NCBI RefSeq assembly: GCF_009914755.1
Contig: NC_060930.1
DNA length: 64,000 nt
Source of the DNA: the human T2T-CHM13v2.0 reference genome, Homo sapiens
Reading direction: 5' to 3' (one strand)
In this document: piece by piece, positions 15,224-28,809 of the stretch
How the letters are laid out: each line of letters starts with the position of its first letter
Position numbering within the stretch: position 1 is the stretch's first letter
Translations under genes and position numbers: made by a program
The notes under the pieces: generated by a model
Database searches by the model: none
What the model saw: the letters and a program-made list of their open reading frames with translations, nothing else
What the model was told of the DNA's origin: nothing

Positions 15224-15460
15224 CTCGATCTCGCGGATGTTGTTGGAGGTGACAAAAATGCCAATGCCGATGGGAATGAAGATGAGACCGATGATGAAGA
15301 AAATAGGTAGCACCGTGCCAGCCGTAAGGATGGGCTGCCAAGCTGGCAGCCGTTGCTGTTTGAAGGCCGTGTTATCCGGTCTCCGAGTCTTCGCGGTGCC
15401 CCCCGGAGCACACGGGGGCCCACCGTCCACTTCATCCTTCGCGTTATAGTTCATCGCCAT
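15224..15460 (-). CDS. TMEM30A: TMEM30A (CDC50A, P4-ATPase flippase beta subunit) first coding exon, codons 1-79
   Basis: [14 protein letters not shown]...[52 protein letters not shown] (CDC50 KQQRLPAW motif and TM1); donor GAG|GTGAGG at 15223; 237 nt, phase 0; remaining exons lie left of the window. Confidence 0.98.
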
Positions 15461-15614
15461 CGATCCCTGGGGCGCCGCTCCGCGATTTGCAGGTGGACCA
15501 CCCAGGGGGCCCGCCGGCTGACCCTGACAGGAACCGCTCGAGCGCCGCTGCCGCCGCCGCCGCCGCAGCCACCAGCGCCACCGCCACAGCCACCTCCGCT
15601 GTAGAGCGGAAGAG
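15461..15614 (-). other. TMEM30A: TMEM30A 5' UTR with a GCG/CGG trinucleotide run (15550-15566); TSS inferred near 15614
   Basis: Plus-strand gccgccgccgccgccgc; the minus strand reads CTCTTCCGCTCT from 15614 (TCT-initiator-like); TSS position is inference. Confidence 0.6.
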
Positions 15615-16790
15615 GCGGGACACTCTTCCGCCAAAGGCTGCTGACGGGAAGCGAAAGTCGGCTGGAGACGCCAGAGGAAGGGAGAGAGGGAGGAGGGAGA
15701 AGAAGGAGGGACATGGGGAGGGGAAAGGGGAGGAGGATAGAAGCGGGAACGAAAAGGCGGACGCACCCTGATCATCTGTCCTGTGACGGGCTCAGCCATT
15801 GGATCGCGAATCTGCGTTCGCGCATGCGTGGTCCTAGAGCTACGGTGACACTTCGCGTGCGGTGTAGGCGCATCTTCGCTCTGTTGGCCGTGGCTTTAGT
15901 AAGCACACACCTGCCTGCTACTCTGGTTATCGTGGCGACGGCAGGTCTGGATTGCCAGACAGGTTTTTCTTTTTACCTCGAGGCTTTCTCTGAAGGGAGT
16001 CGGAGCATTTAAAAGGCGGCCTCAAGGTGGATTGAGTCGGGGGAGGATTAGCAGTATTTGCTTAGGTTGTAAAACCGCGACTTTATCTAATAAATCGCCA
16101 TTCAAGGTGCAAATACAAACTTGGAACAGAGGTGCGTGACATGTACCCCTTTTGTCCTAAAGTCAAGAATCAATAATGTGACTTAGCCCTATTATCTTGC
16201 CTCTAATTAAGCGATTCTCACTTATTCTTTCTCTATTGCTAATTCTCACGTTACATTTCCCCTTCTTTTCTGTGTCCACCTTTCTCTTTTGCGCATTGAT
16301 ATAGGAAGTGTTTTGTAATAGGCTGTAGCTTTTTCTCTTACTGTTATAAAAACCAGGACATATAGCATTACTACAAAATGAGATACTCCGTAAACACTTT
16401 AAAAGTGCCAGCTATTTAATGACCCAAGAAAATACTCGTGATATAAAAGTTGACTAAGTCAGGATATTAGAGTAGTGTAGCGACTATAGAAGTACAATAT
16501 AGAGCGCAACTAAAAAGTGAAAATGGTAACTCTGCTGACCGGATGAAGGATTTTTTTTTCTGTTTCTTTGCACTTTTCTGTATTTTCCAAAATTTCTATA
16601 ATAGGCGTTATGTTATTTGTAAAATTTAAACAATATATACAATCCATATTATACTGACATCTTTGAAATCCAGGCCAGAGAGTAAATCATATCATTTGAA
16701 AACAAATTACTTTTTTTTAGGCTTAGTCTGCAGTAATGCCTTAAAGAAGGTAAACTGAGGAAAGAGAAAATAAAGAGTGCTTGGTCCTCA

Positions 16791-17099
<309 letters not shown>

Positions 17100-19221
17100 T
17101 TTTACAGTTAAATGTTTTTTTTCAAAATGACCACAAGTTTCAAAAATGTGAGCCAATCACATGTTTACTAGGCAGAGTTTAGAGTGATATAATACTTGCT
17201 GCCTTCTAATAACCGACTTGCTTGGGTTTGCTCTTACATGACATTCATGCTCAAATTCTTAGCACTACTGACATACTTAGGTCTATATTTTGTTTTGATC
17301 TGTTAAGTTTACCTTCAACCCCAGGCTCAAATGGAAAACAATCTATCACAGTTAATGGAGAAGGCTTTGAGTCCTTTTATTTTGCTAAGTTCTGTTAGTA
17401 AAAATGTATGCCACAATATGGGCATATTGCGAAAGTACATATAAGGCAGGTTTTTCCTCCCCATTTCTGCCTATATCATCATGCCCACTAAATTTGATAA
17501 TTATTTAACTGATCTGCTATTCCAGCACTCTGTATATATGGTCATTTTACCTTCATTTTTTTGTTTTTGTTCTAGTGATCTGAGTGATTGTGATGTATTT
17601 ATCTGCTTCCTTTTTCTTTATTTTTGTTTGTTCATAGGAAAATGAGTTAATCCCTTGTCTCTTTTTTTATTAGAAATTCGATTTTGACTGAAACATTTAC
17701 AGAATTGAAACCTCCTGAGATTCTTCTCTAAAACTTAACATTTTCAGATGAGGTCCACATGGATGAAATTGCTTTTCCAGATCTCTTGATATCCCTCCAT
17801 TTCATTTTCCACTACTGTATTCTTCCACAATATGCATCTTTACCCAGCTGAAACATTTTTTTCAGTGTCACATTATTATCCCAGGGAACTCACAATTTTG
17901 TGATGTTCTTGGTTACATTATTTTATGAAGTCCTTACTAGGTGGTTTTTCATTTAATCTGCTGAAGTAGGAATTTTCAAAAGAAAGCGTCATTCAGCATT
18001 TCTAGGGCAACTAAAGAGAATAGTTCTCACAGTGGACTACCATTTATGCATTTTCAAACTGATTGCTAGGAGCGACTGGTGTGTGTTTGTGTGTATGTAT
18101 GTTGATACATTTAGATTACATTTATATTGTTCAAATGATTGTTCATGTGCTGATTCTTGGTAAAAGTGGAATTTATGTGGCTAAATGACATTTATTAATG
18201 CTATCAGATTAACATTCTAAGTATGCAGTCAATGCACGAGCCCCAGTATAAAAGTGAATCTAAAATGATAGAACAGATGCAAGCCCAACAATCTGAAAAG
18301 GTGTGTATATTTAGCCTTTGGTTGGGAAGTTTTATACAATTTTCATTTTTTAGTTCAGTTGCTGTGTTGTGCCACTGAATTCGGTAACCAGAAACATCTA
18401 AGAAAAAAATACAGAAGAGTAACTATTGGGTATCCCTGGGAACAAGGAAGAGAAAACTGCAACTGGTCTTTTCATTGCCTAACCAAAGTAGATTTGCCAC
18501 ACAAATTTGCTTGTTGGGTTCCTTTTATGTTGGGTGCTGCTGTAGGTCTCTAGCTTCTAACCATATTCAAACCATTTCATTCACATCTGTAACAAGGATA
18601 TTTTAAAAAGTTGAAGAGGGCTGAGAGTGTGCCATAGTTTTTACCATCATGAGTTTCAGAGAAAGTTCTTAGTGACTGGAAATGGTTTGAATTATTTTCA
18701 GTGACTGGGTCATATTTTTGCAGGAACAACAACAACAAAAATACCTTTTCCTTTTCAGTTGACCATGGCAGCTTGGTGGAACTGCAAAATGTTCATTTTT
18801 AATTATCTCAGAGGACTTTTAGGAGAAAGAGTGATGTAGAAATTGTATAATAAACTTCATTTCCTGTATTTATTGCATCAGATATTGATTCAAACTGGCT
18901 TTTAAAAATTACTTTTTAAAATTGAATTTTTCCTGATTTTTGTGTAGTGTACTTATTGAATACTTTCAGTTAGATATTTAGGAAAATCCCTTTGTTCTCA
19001 CATTGACAGATTGACTGATTAGCCTGAGGTCATAGGTGTTGTGATAGAAAATCTTGCAAGTTCTTGAATAGCCAGTCAGTCATCAGAAATACAAGTCAAG
19101 CAAGATATTTTAATGGTTAGCGTCATTAGAGGAAAGAGCAATTACACCAAAATTCTTTAGTAGACAGCCTAAGAACTTTGTTGTTGATGGAAATAAGGCT
19201 TCATTTCTCATAATTCCATAC

Positions 19222-19526
<305 letters not shown>

Positions 19527-19786
19527 TGATTCTCACAAGACTTCGGACTTCATAACTTCCACTGCATAGAATCTCTCAGTTGATTATATCCCCATGGCAT
19601 GTATTTTTTCATTAGGTGCCATCAATTATAGATAAGGTCTTTTTTTCAGATATGATGTTGCCATCTCTAGGATAACAGCCAACTGACATGTTACATGTAT
19701 AACAGTTAATTTCTTTAAAAAGGGGAACAGAGGAGGAAACAGAGAATCGTCAAGGATACAGGAAAGTAGATATTTTAAATACGTTA

Positions 19787-20117
<331 letters not shown>

Positions 20118-20344
20118 TAAATTATACGTTTGGACCATTTTTAGACTTGTTTTAAATTTATACTTTTCTATTTTTCCAAGTTTTAGAAAGCCAGCATGAG
20201 GGGGAGTTCATTTCATCATTTTTTTTTAACACTTGAATCACTTGAGTCATTAAAATAACTCCAACATATTCATGAAGGATCTTCACAAAATGGACTTAAA
20301 TGTGAAAGTTAGCTTTTGTTGAGCCTCAGAAATCAAATACATTG

Positions 20345-20640
20345 GGCCAGGCATGGTGGCTTACGCCAGTAATCCCAGCATTTTGGGAGGCTGAGGCAGG
20401 CAGATCACGAGGTCAGGAGATCGAGGCCATCCTGGCTCAAATGGTGAAACCCCGTCTCTACTAAAAATACAAAAAATTATCTGGGCATGGTGGCATGTGG
20501 CTGTAGTCCCAGCTACTCAGGAGGCCGAGGCAGGAGAATCGTTTGAACCCAGGAGGCGGAGGTTGCAGTGAGTCGAGATCCCCCCACTGCACTCCGACCT
20601 GGGCGACAAAGCGAGACTGTCTCAAAAAAAAAGAAAGAAA
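20345..20640 (+). mobile_element. AluS (Sc-like)
   Basis: Alu consensus; TSD agaaatcaa..acatt. Confidence 0.9.
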
Positions 20641-22679
20641 GAAATCAAGCACATTTGCAGTCAATAGCACTAAATATTTATGACAACAAAGGCAAAGACC
20701 AAGGGCTTCCCTCTGACCAGCACACCATAAGGCACAAGATAAGTTCAACAAACTGTTTCACAACATCATCTATATTGTCACTGAATCTTCTGGGAGGAGA
20801 AATCTGCACTCGCTGTCTTTGCTTCCTTAACCCAGTCACTCAGTAACCCACTGCTCCCTGACTTCACACCCCACCTCCACTCTAACTGCTTTGCTAGTTG
20901 ATCCCCACTCATCCTTCAAGATTCAGGTCAGTAGCCAATTCGAGGAATACTTGTTTGACCCCTTTGGTGGAGTTAAGAGCTACTTTCAGAGCTCGAGGTA
21001 ATGTATATATGACGTCTGTCCTTGCACTTACTGTGTAGTATTGAAAAATATGTTTATATCTGTCTTTGTTACTAGATGTAAATGAATTCCTCAAGGTCAG
21101 AGACTGTTTTTATTCATTTCTACATCTCCAACACCTGGCAAAGTGCCTCGGCCATAAAAGGTACTTGATAAATCTTGTTGAACTGACCTGACCTACTCTC
21201 AGTGAACCCACATTTTAGTGGGAGAGACACCTTGCTGACAACTGAAATATTATGTAATGAAGTCAGTGCCACACAAGATATGTGTTCAAGGGGTTATAGG
21301 AGCTCTGAGGAGGTACCACATGTCATCCGCCTTATGATGTCAAAAACTAAACTGTGAGGAAATTGGAAATAAGGTCAGAGTTACATTGTGGTTCTCCATG
21401 TAGGAAAATAGAGAAAAGAGAGTCTTATGCTAATATTACATGTACTATAAATGCTAAGCAAGACTGTGTACTCTGGGTGATCATGTTCTTTTCCTCAAGC
21501 ATGATCTCATCAGATTGTGGTAACCATGGAAACAGACATCTCTGGTGCCCTCCATTTCTGGGAGATAATCAGTTTGTTGTCTCACTGCCGACTTGTGTCA
21601 GTGCTCCACGTGGGCGCCAATACATGCCCCTTTGTGATGCAAAAATGAGCACATTTCTCTCAATAAAGCAGTATAAACCATCTTGAGGCCTGATGAAACT
21701 CCTTTCTTTTTAAAGGCATACCTTCCCTTAGAATCAGTGATTACTAAAGGTCTTTTCTTATTTAATCCAGATAATCTGCCTCTGAAACCTTCCGTGGGCA
21801 CAGAAATTTCTGCAAGGAAAGCATCAGCAACCAGAATAATTTGGTGAGGAAGATTTGGCACAGAATACCCTGACTGAGGTATTGCTCCAAAAGGAGCAAT
21901 CCTCTGGGGTTAGGAGTCAATTATTAGGTGCCTACAAAACACTCTGTTATTTCGACTAAACATGCCTTGCTGTCAAGGAGAAGAAAGAACTGTGCACTGA
22001 AAACCAGAACAGCCAAAAAAGAATGTGGCTGTGGTCATGGGAAAGGTCTTTGAATAACAGGGAAAAGGAGACAGGGCAGTTGAAGGAAGGATAAGAAAAG
22101 GCTACTTCCTAGCAGGAATTAATAAACTAATGTTTTTATTATTTAATAGAAACCCATTCCTTTCTTTCAAATAAGGCAGAGATAAGTTAGGATTGGATGT
22201 AGCTATATAGATCCCTATTTCTGGCACAGGCTGATAGCAATAAAGGAAGTCAGAACACAACCCCACTCTCACCCACATCCCACTTTGCAAAAACCATGAC
22301 CCAAATGCCTCTGTAGATACTGGGCTGTGGACTGCTGGCAAAGCCTCAGGAGCCTTTGCTCTACTGAGTGATCTACCTTTAGATTGACAGCAGCGGCTGT
22401 GGAGTAACATCTGAATGTTGATTGACAGTGCAGTTTGTGGGAATAAAGCAGGGAGGGAAACCCTTTAACCAGTTTCCATTTCTTGGTGTCTTAAAGTTTT
22501 CATCTTACTAAAGAATCAAACCGTTGTGTAATCCAGAGGAAGAGCATCCCTCATCCTGGCAGCCCTGCTCTACCACATCTGCCTATCCATAGTGAAAGAC
22601 ACCATATTTTTAAGAAAATATGAAATGCAGAGATGAAAACTATTTTGGAGCAAATGATTTTAAATAAAAAGGTTGCATA

Positions 22680-25600
22680 CTCATTTTAAATGATTTTAAT
22701 TTTCTGAATATTATGTTCCAACTCAAGATATTGCACAATGCTTTAATATTACACTTGTTATTTTTCTCACACTAGTGAGATTTTGATAAACATAGTTGAC
22801 TTTGGAAGTAACAGAGAATGTTTTCATTGGTTAAATAATTTCAATGACCTGTGAGGAACTGAAAGCAAGCTATTACATTCATATAAAAGATAAGTACATA
22901 TCCATAAATTCACTTGGATTCAATGAAAAATAATAAACTTCTCGTGTACTTAATAAAACTTAAAAGGAAACAAAATTTTAAATGGTGCAAAAATAGAATG
23001 TATTTCTTAAAGTTTTGAAAACACTTAGACCTAAAAGAATTCTAAGAATATCTGGCCACATTATAAGCCTCTTATTTGTAAAAGCTAACACTTGATAATT
23101 TTAAAACAAAATCTAGATTAAATAAATATAGTTCTGCATTATTAAAGTAACAAAATCTGTGATGGTAAGGTAAAATTTCCCTAAATAATATAAACAAAAA
23201 ACAACACCGGAAAGCAAATGTATCACGTTATGGCATCGATAAACATTTCTGTTCAAATGTGTGGATCTACAGCATTTTCTCTAGGTAACACACACAGTTG
23301 TTATCACATTAGTATGGAATAAATGCTGAAAAATTAAGAAATACTAATGGTTACTAGGCCAAAGTCAATTCCAAAAAACTCAATTCTTATAAACTTTTAT
23401 TATAGTGATTTTTACTGTATTACAACACTTTTTTTCTCTTTTTCCTTTGCTTTGTGATTCATATTTTTAGCAGAGGCATAGCACTGGAGATAAAGAAGGG
23501 GAAATATGCTTCAGGTGCCAGTTGCGTTTTTTTAACTTCCATTTTGCACTTTTGCTATTTTTAGACTTGTTGCTCATCAGATTCATTAACACACCCTACT
23601 TTTGCTATGTTTTTTTCCTTCATTTCCAGGAAAACTCAACCACAGCATTAGGAGAAAAGGCAAAAACTTTACATTGCCTGATACACCACTTATTCTTGCT
23701 CTGCCACTGATTTGTAGTAGCTGTGTATTACTGCAGTAGCGCTGTTGTCTCTATTAATGCTTAGAGATTCCACACCATGAATTTTTTTATGGTCATCCTA
23801 AGATACAATGAATTCTTCACATTTTGTGAAAATTATAGGCATCTGACAGCTGGTGTATTTATCTACCATCTTCATCAAACTCGAATATTTTATAAAATAC
23901 TTGAGAAAAGATCTCTACCAAAGATACCCTCATGAAACACTCTCTTATCAAAAAGAAAAGGGTAAAATTATGGATTAGTTCAATTGTACCTTGAACTAGA
24001 AACACTGATTATGATTATATTTCAGAAAACAGTTATAATTATTTCATTAAAAATGATTCCCATTTAGAATGATGACTGGAGACTTATTTACAAGAAAAGA
24101 TAGAGAAATTTTATGAGCCTAGGATTGTGCCAGGATTGCCTGTGAGGGCAGTTTTTTCAATTGCATATGCATGTTGAGATGGGACTATTTATGATCTTAT
24201 TTCCTTATTCATTAGAGAAGGAGATGACCAGTGTTTTCTGGGGGTTTTTTGGTTAATTTTGCATATTCTCTTATTTCAAAATTAATCTAATTAATTTTAT
24301 TCATGTGTCACTCAGATTGCATTTGGGTTTAAACAGAGGACTTAATCATAGCATGGACAGAAAAGGCTCACCATCTATCTAAATGACTCTGATTGCACCA
24401 TCATCCTCATTGTTCTTGTAAGTTCCAAATTCATTATAAATCTGGGGAAAAAAAATCTTCAAATCCAAATATACATACATTTCTTATAGTATTTTAATTT
24501 AAATCAAGAAGTATTTAAAATCTTATCCTCTAACATTTTCACTATTAGTATAATAAAATTCCCACAAGTTGAGAAAGTTATTTGCTTCAAATACTAATCT
24601 AATATATCAAATAATTTTGCCATCAGAGGTACAAACATTGGCAAATAGGATACTTAACTGTGAGTCAAAAAATATAACAGTACTAACTAAAACACTTTTC
24701 TAATTGAAAATGTCATTACAGTCAACATTTTCAGAAAACAAAACCCAGTAACAATTCTAAAAAATCACACATACACACTCCAGTTTTCTTAGTAACCAAA
24801 ATTCTGGAAGTTTATGTGATGTTTTCACAATCATTCAAGCTATGGCAAGCCTACTGTAACATTTCTTTTACTTTAAAAAATTAAAAATAATTTTAACATC
24901 ATATAATTTATAATACATGTTGAAAATGATTTGCCAATTCCCCAAGGTGTAACTTAAAACCTTCCAAGGTTACATAGGGGAGGAAGTCCATCATTAATTT
25001 TTCTATTCCAGAGACTCAGTTTGGATGCCCGTGTGTGGGCTTCTAAAGCTGAGCACAACCTGTGAACTAGAGAAATGGGCCAGCAGTCCTCCTTGTGTGG
25101 CTTTTAGTTATCCTTGTGACACTCAGAAGCATTCTCTCTTTAATTTCAGTAAAGTTACATGATAAATGACTTCCACATTCAGAAACTGATGTGTCAACTC
25201 TTAATTTATCTTTAAAGTTATCTTTAAAGACCTTACTAAAAACATGTCCATATTAACAGTCTTTAAAAAAAAAAGTATATTACCAGGGTTTCAAGTAGAC
25301 TTTAGATGCACATTTTCACATAAACCTAAATTCAACAGTAGCTCTGACGTTGAGATTTGAGTAATGCACGTTGTGCTTTTTATCTTCAAAGAATATATTC
25401 TCTGACCTACCTGTAGTTACGAAAATCTTTCAAAATCAAGGGGAAAAAAGTTATCGATCCTGAGATTTCTTGTACTACTTTTTCCTTCTGGGTTTTGGGG
25501 GTTTTTGTGTGTGTGTGGGTTTGTCTTTGTTTTGAGACAGAGTCTCACTCTGTCACCCAGGCTGGAGTACAGTGACACAATCATGGCTCCCTGCAGCCTC

Positions 25601-25684
25601 CATCTCCTGGGCTCAAGTGATCCTCCCACCTCAGACTCCCAAGTAGCTAGGACTACAGGCACGTGCAACCAGGCCCAGCTAACT

Positions 25685-25719
<35 letters not shown>

Positions 25720-26732
25720 CTCTCACTGTGTTGCCCAGGCTGATCCTGAACTCCTGGGCTTAAGCGATTCTCCCGCCTTGGCCTCCCAAAGTGCTGGGAT
25801 TACAGGCACGACCCACCATGCCCAGTCTTATTTTTTAAAAAAGATCCTGACATTTTAGGTCTGTTTTTATATTCAAGTTTTGATTGGATTAGATTGTGAG
25901 AACTATCTTTATTTCACAGTCCTTATTATAAGTCTTATACATACAAGTAAATAATGCAATCAGAAGTATAATTGAACTGTCAGTCGAAGCTGTTCTTATT
26001 GCCCTTACTGGTTAAACTGGTACATCTCCTTTTATGAATTTGTTCTATATAAAAATCATTTCATCCAAGGTTTTTGGCCCAGAACACCAGAAAGAGCAAC
26101 TTTAGAAACTGATTTTTAGTATTTAAAATTAAGCTTTTAAGTCAGAGCATTATTTGTTAGCATTGAACCATGATCAGAACCATAGCATTGTACAAGCAAT
26201 AGTAAAACCTCTTCCAGAGTCTCCTGCTTCTAAGTTTTACCTCTTGAATTTACCTCAGGAAATATAGTTGTACTTTATTTTTTTCAGAATTAACAAATTG
26301 ATAAAAAGAAAATAATTATAGATTACCATTTTGAATGCAACAATACCAGTACTTTGAAGAACTGACAGCGTATTCCATAGATATATGTGCCAGAGACTAT
26401 GAAAAAGGGAAACACTTTAGCAAAAAAAATCACATTACAAAATGTATTATAAAATATAAGTTATACAGCATGTGCCCATAGACCTGAAAGCTTTGCAAAA
26501 AGAAATTTCTTTTGGCACATAGATTGAATTGCTCTTGCTACATATTTTCATATTATCAGCAAGGCCATTTTCAGCTTTTTACATTATATCCTTAAAAAAA
26601 AATCACTGGAAGTAGTAAAATATTTCCAGTAGTGATCAGTAGCATGGAGGACCTTAGTCATGATTGAGGGCTGTCCATTCAATAGGGATTCAGAGGTCGT
26701 ACACACACCCAGTATGTGCTTGGTTTACCATT
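22680..26732 (-). other. FILIP1: Probable long 3' UTR of the FILIP1 distal-last-exon isoform
   Basis: AT-rich, repeat-poor stretch after the distal stop; minus-strand hexamers at 26274-26279 (AATAAA) and 22695-22700 (ATTAAA); 3' end uncertain. Confidence 0.5.
25520..25827 (-). mobile_element. AluJ
   Basis: Alu consensus with expanded middle T tract. Confidence 0.85.
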
Positions 26733-26773
26733 TCATCTGGAGTTCATTCGTAACTGGTGAATGATGATGCTTT
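26733..26773 (-). CDS. FILIP1: FILIP1 distal alternative last coding exon (E)SIIIHQLRMNSR*
   Basis: Acceptor tcttttttctctttatag|AAAGC with branch-like TTTAAT upstream; phase 1 matches the internal donor AAAG|GTATGA at 39617; TGA at 26733-26735; product is 36 aa shorter than the proximal form, matching my recall of 1213/1177-aa isoforms. Confidence 0.8.
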
Positions 26774-27162
26774 CTATAAAGAGAAAAAAGACATGGCATT
26801 TTCAATTAAACTGAAACTGAGAATCAAGCTACATCATTTCACTAAAAGATCATAGATGTTAAATAACAAAACAAACAAAAACAGGTACATGAGGCTAATA
26901 GACTTTCCTGCATTACTATTCTTGGGCAACGTCTTTATATTGGCGTATGTACTTTACCTCGAAATTTCTTAAAGCCCTTTAGAAACTACGTCTAACGTTC
27001 TGACAATAGTAGATCAGTTTTGACCAAGGTAAGAACTGAAAACAAAGATAGTAATTACTATATACAAACCCCTTAATGAGAAACCAGACTATTTCCTAGA
27101 AGTAACTCTAATCTTCCAGCCAAATTTTCTGGTCTGAACAATATTTACACCTCTTCAATTTC

Positions 27163-27164
<2 letters not shown>

Positions 27165-27200
<36 letters not shown>
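27165..27200 (+). repeat. (TG)18 microsatellite
   Basis: Direct reading. Confidence 0.95.
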
Positions 27201-27201
<1 letters not shown>

Positions 27202-27289
27202 ATTAGAGTTTAATAAGGAGATATTATTTCTAAGTCCATAAATATAGGTGACTCACTTTTATCTCTGCGTCTTTTTGCATAACTATATG

Positions 27290-27290
<1 letters not shown>

Positions 27291-27334
<44 letters not shown>

Positions 27335-27575
27335 TTAGGTGGAGTCTCGCTCTGTCGCCCAGGCTGGGGTGGAGTGACGCGATCTCGGCTCACCGCAAGC
27401 TCCGCCTCCCGGGTTCACGCCATTCTCCTGTCTCAGCCTCCCCAGTAGCTGGGACTACAGGCGTCCACCACCACGCCCGGCTAATTTTTTGTACTTTTAG
27501 TAGAGACGGGTTTCACCGTGTCAGCCAGGATGGTCTCGATCTCCTGACCTCGTGATCCGCCCGCCTCAGCCTCCC
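27291..27575 (-). mobile_element. 5'-truncated AluY whose tail is an (AAT)n microsatellite (27291-27335)
   Basis: AluY diagnostics (gcaagctccgcctcccgggttcacgccattct); TSD ctatatgttt at 27283 and 27575. Confidence 0.9.
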
Positions 27576-28809
27576 TATATGTTTTAAAATATAAATTTAT
27601 TCTTATAAAAATAAATTTAAACTAGATTGAGGTAGTAATTACAACAGTCCAGCACATTATGGATAATTAATATTTATATTTATTTGGCTGGTTTTTCTTT
27701 TATAGTAAACTTTATGCCTTAATGAACATTTATCAGTATGACTCACTTCATTCAGTCATTGAATAACTATTTATTGAGGCTGTATACTGTGCTAGGTAGG
27801 CATGGAACTACATGCATGATCAAAATGAGACAGATTCCTAACATCACTGAGATTATACACAGCAGGGGAAAGAAAATATTCAAACTTCAAATAGTTTCTT
27901 CATCCAAAAAATTTATTATTAGTACCTCCTTGTCAACATATGGTATATGTTGTGAGTGCAGAAACTTAGGGTTTATCAATAACATGAAGAAATTTCTACC
28001 TATTATTTTCACATCCATCCCAAATACCTAGTATTTAAGTTTTATTTTTACTTATGTAGTTAGTATATAAGTAAACATTAATTAAATCGTATTATGCCAT
28101 AGACTTATAGGTTCATAGTAATTACACACAGTGCATGATTACCTGCCAAAAAGAAAATGTTTTCTTAATTTGGTGTCGTTAACTTTACCTCATGATGACC
28201 AATAGGTGGAGCTATTTCCATTTTTTCCCTCAGCCTTTTGGCTTGAATTTGAGGTAGATAAGAAAGCCAAGTAAGATGAACTATAGAATGTCTTATATAC
28301 CTAAGAATATTTAGCTATGAAGGTTTTCTGAAGCTCTTAAGACATACATACTATATTGTACTATACCAGAAGCCCTTATAAACCATCTCGTTTTTTTCAT
28401 TGAAAAAATATTCCAGCTTCAACTTCAAATGCCTAAAAATATATCAAAATCTTCAGGCAAACAATTTTAAGTACTAATTAATATCATGTAGTTAAAAATT
28501 AGCATCCAAAATTAAAATGATGTTTCTCACTAATTTAAAAAAAAATTCTGCAGTAGATTCCAAATAGTAAAAAGACCCAAGTCTCAAATCTCCCTGGTAA
28601 AATTAAAGTTATCTCCAATTTCCTTCCCTTAAGAAAGCATAGATAAAGAGTGAAATCAGAATTGTTCTTATTGTGGATGTAATTCAGAAATCTTCTGCCT
28701 TTGTTTCCACAGTACAAAATAAGGGTATTAGAGAGCATCTCAAAAATCCCTTTCAGGGTTAACATTTTGTATTACTACAATACCTTCTTTCTCCTTCAGT
28801 GTGCAGCAG

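Larger units (their letters stand above)
15050..16080. promoter_or_regulatory. CpG-island bidirectional promoter of TMEM30A and a divergent transcript
   Basis: Sharp rise in GC and CpG; ETS-type CGGAAG in both orientations (15607, 15625), inverted CCAAT 15798-15802, NRF1-like CGCGCATGCGTG 15819-15830; limits approximate. Confidence 0.9.
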
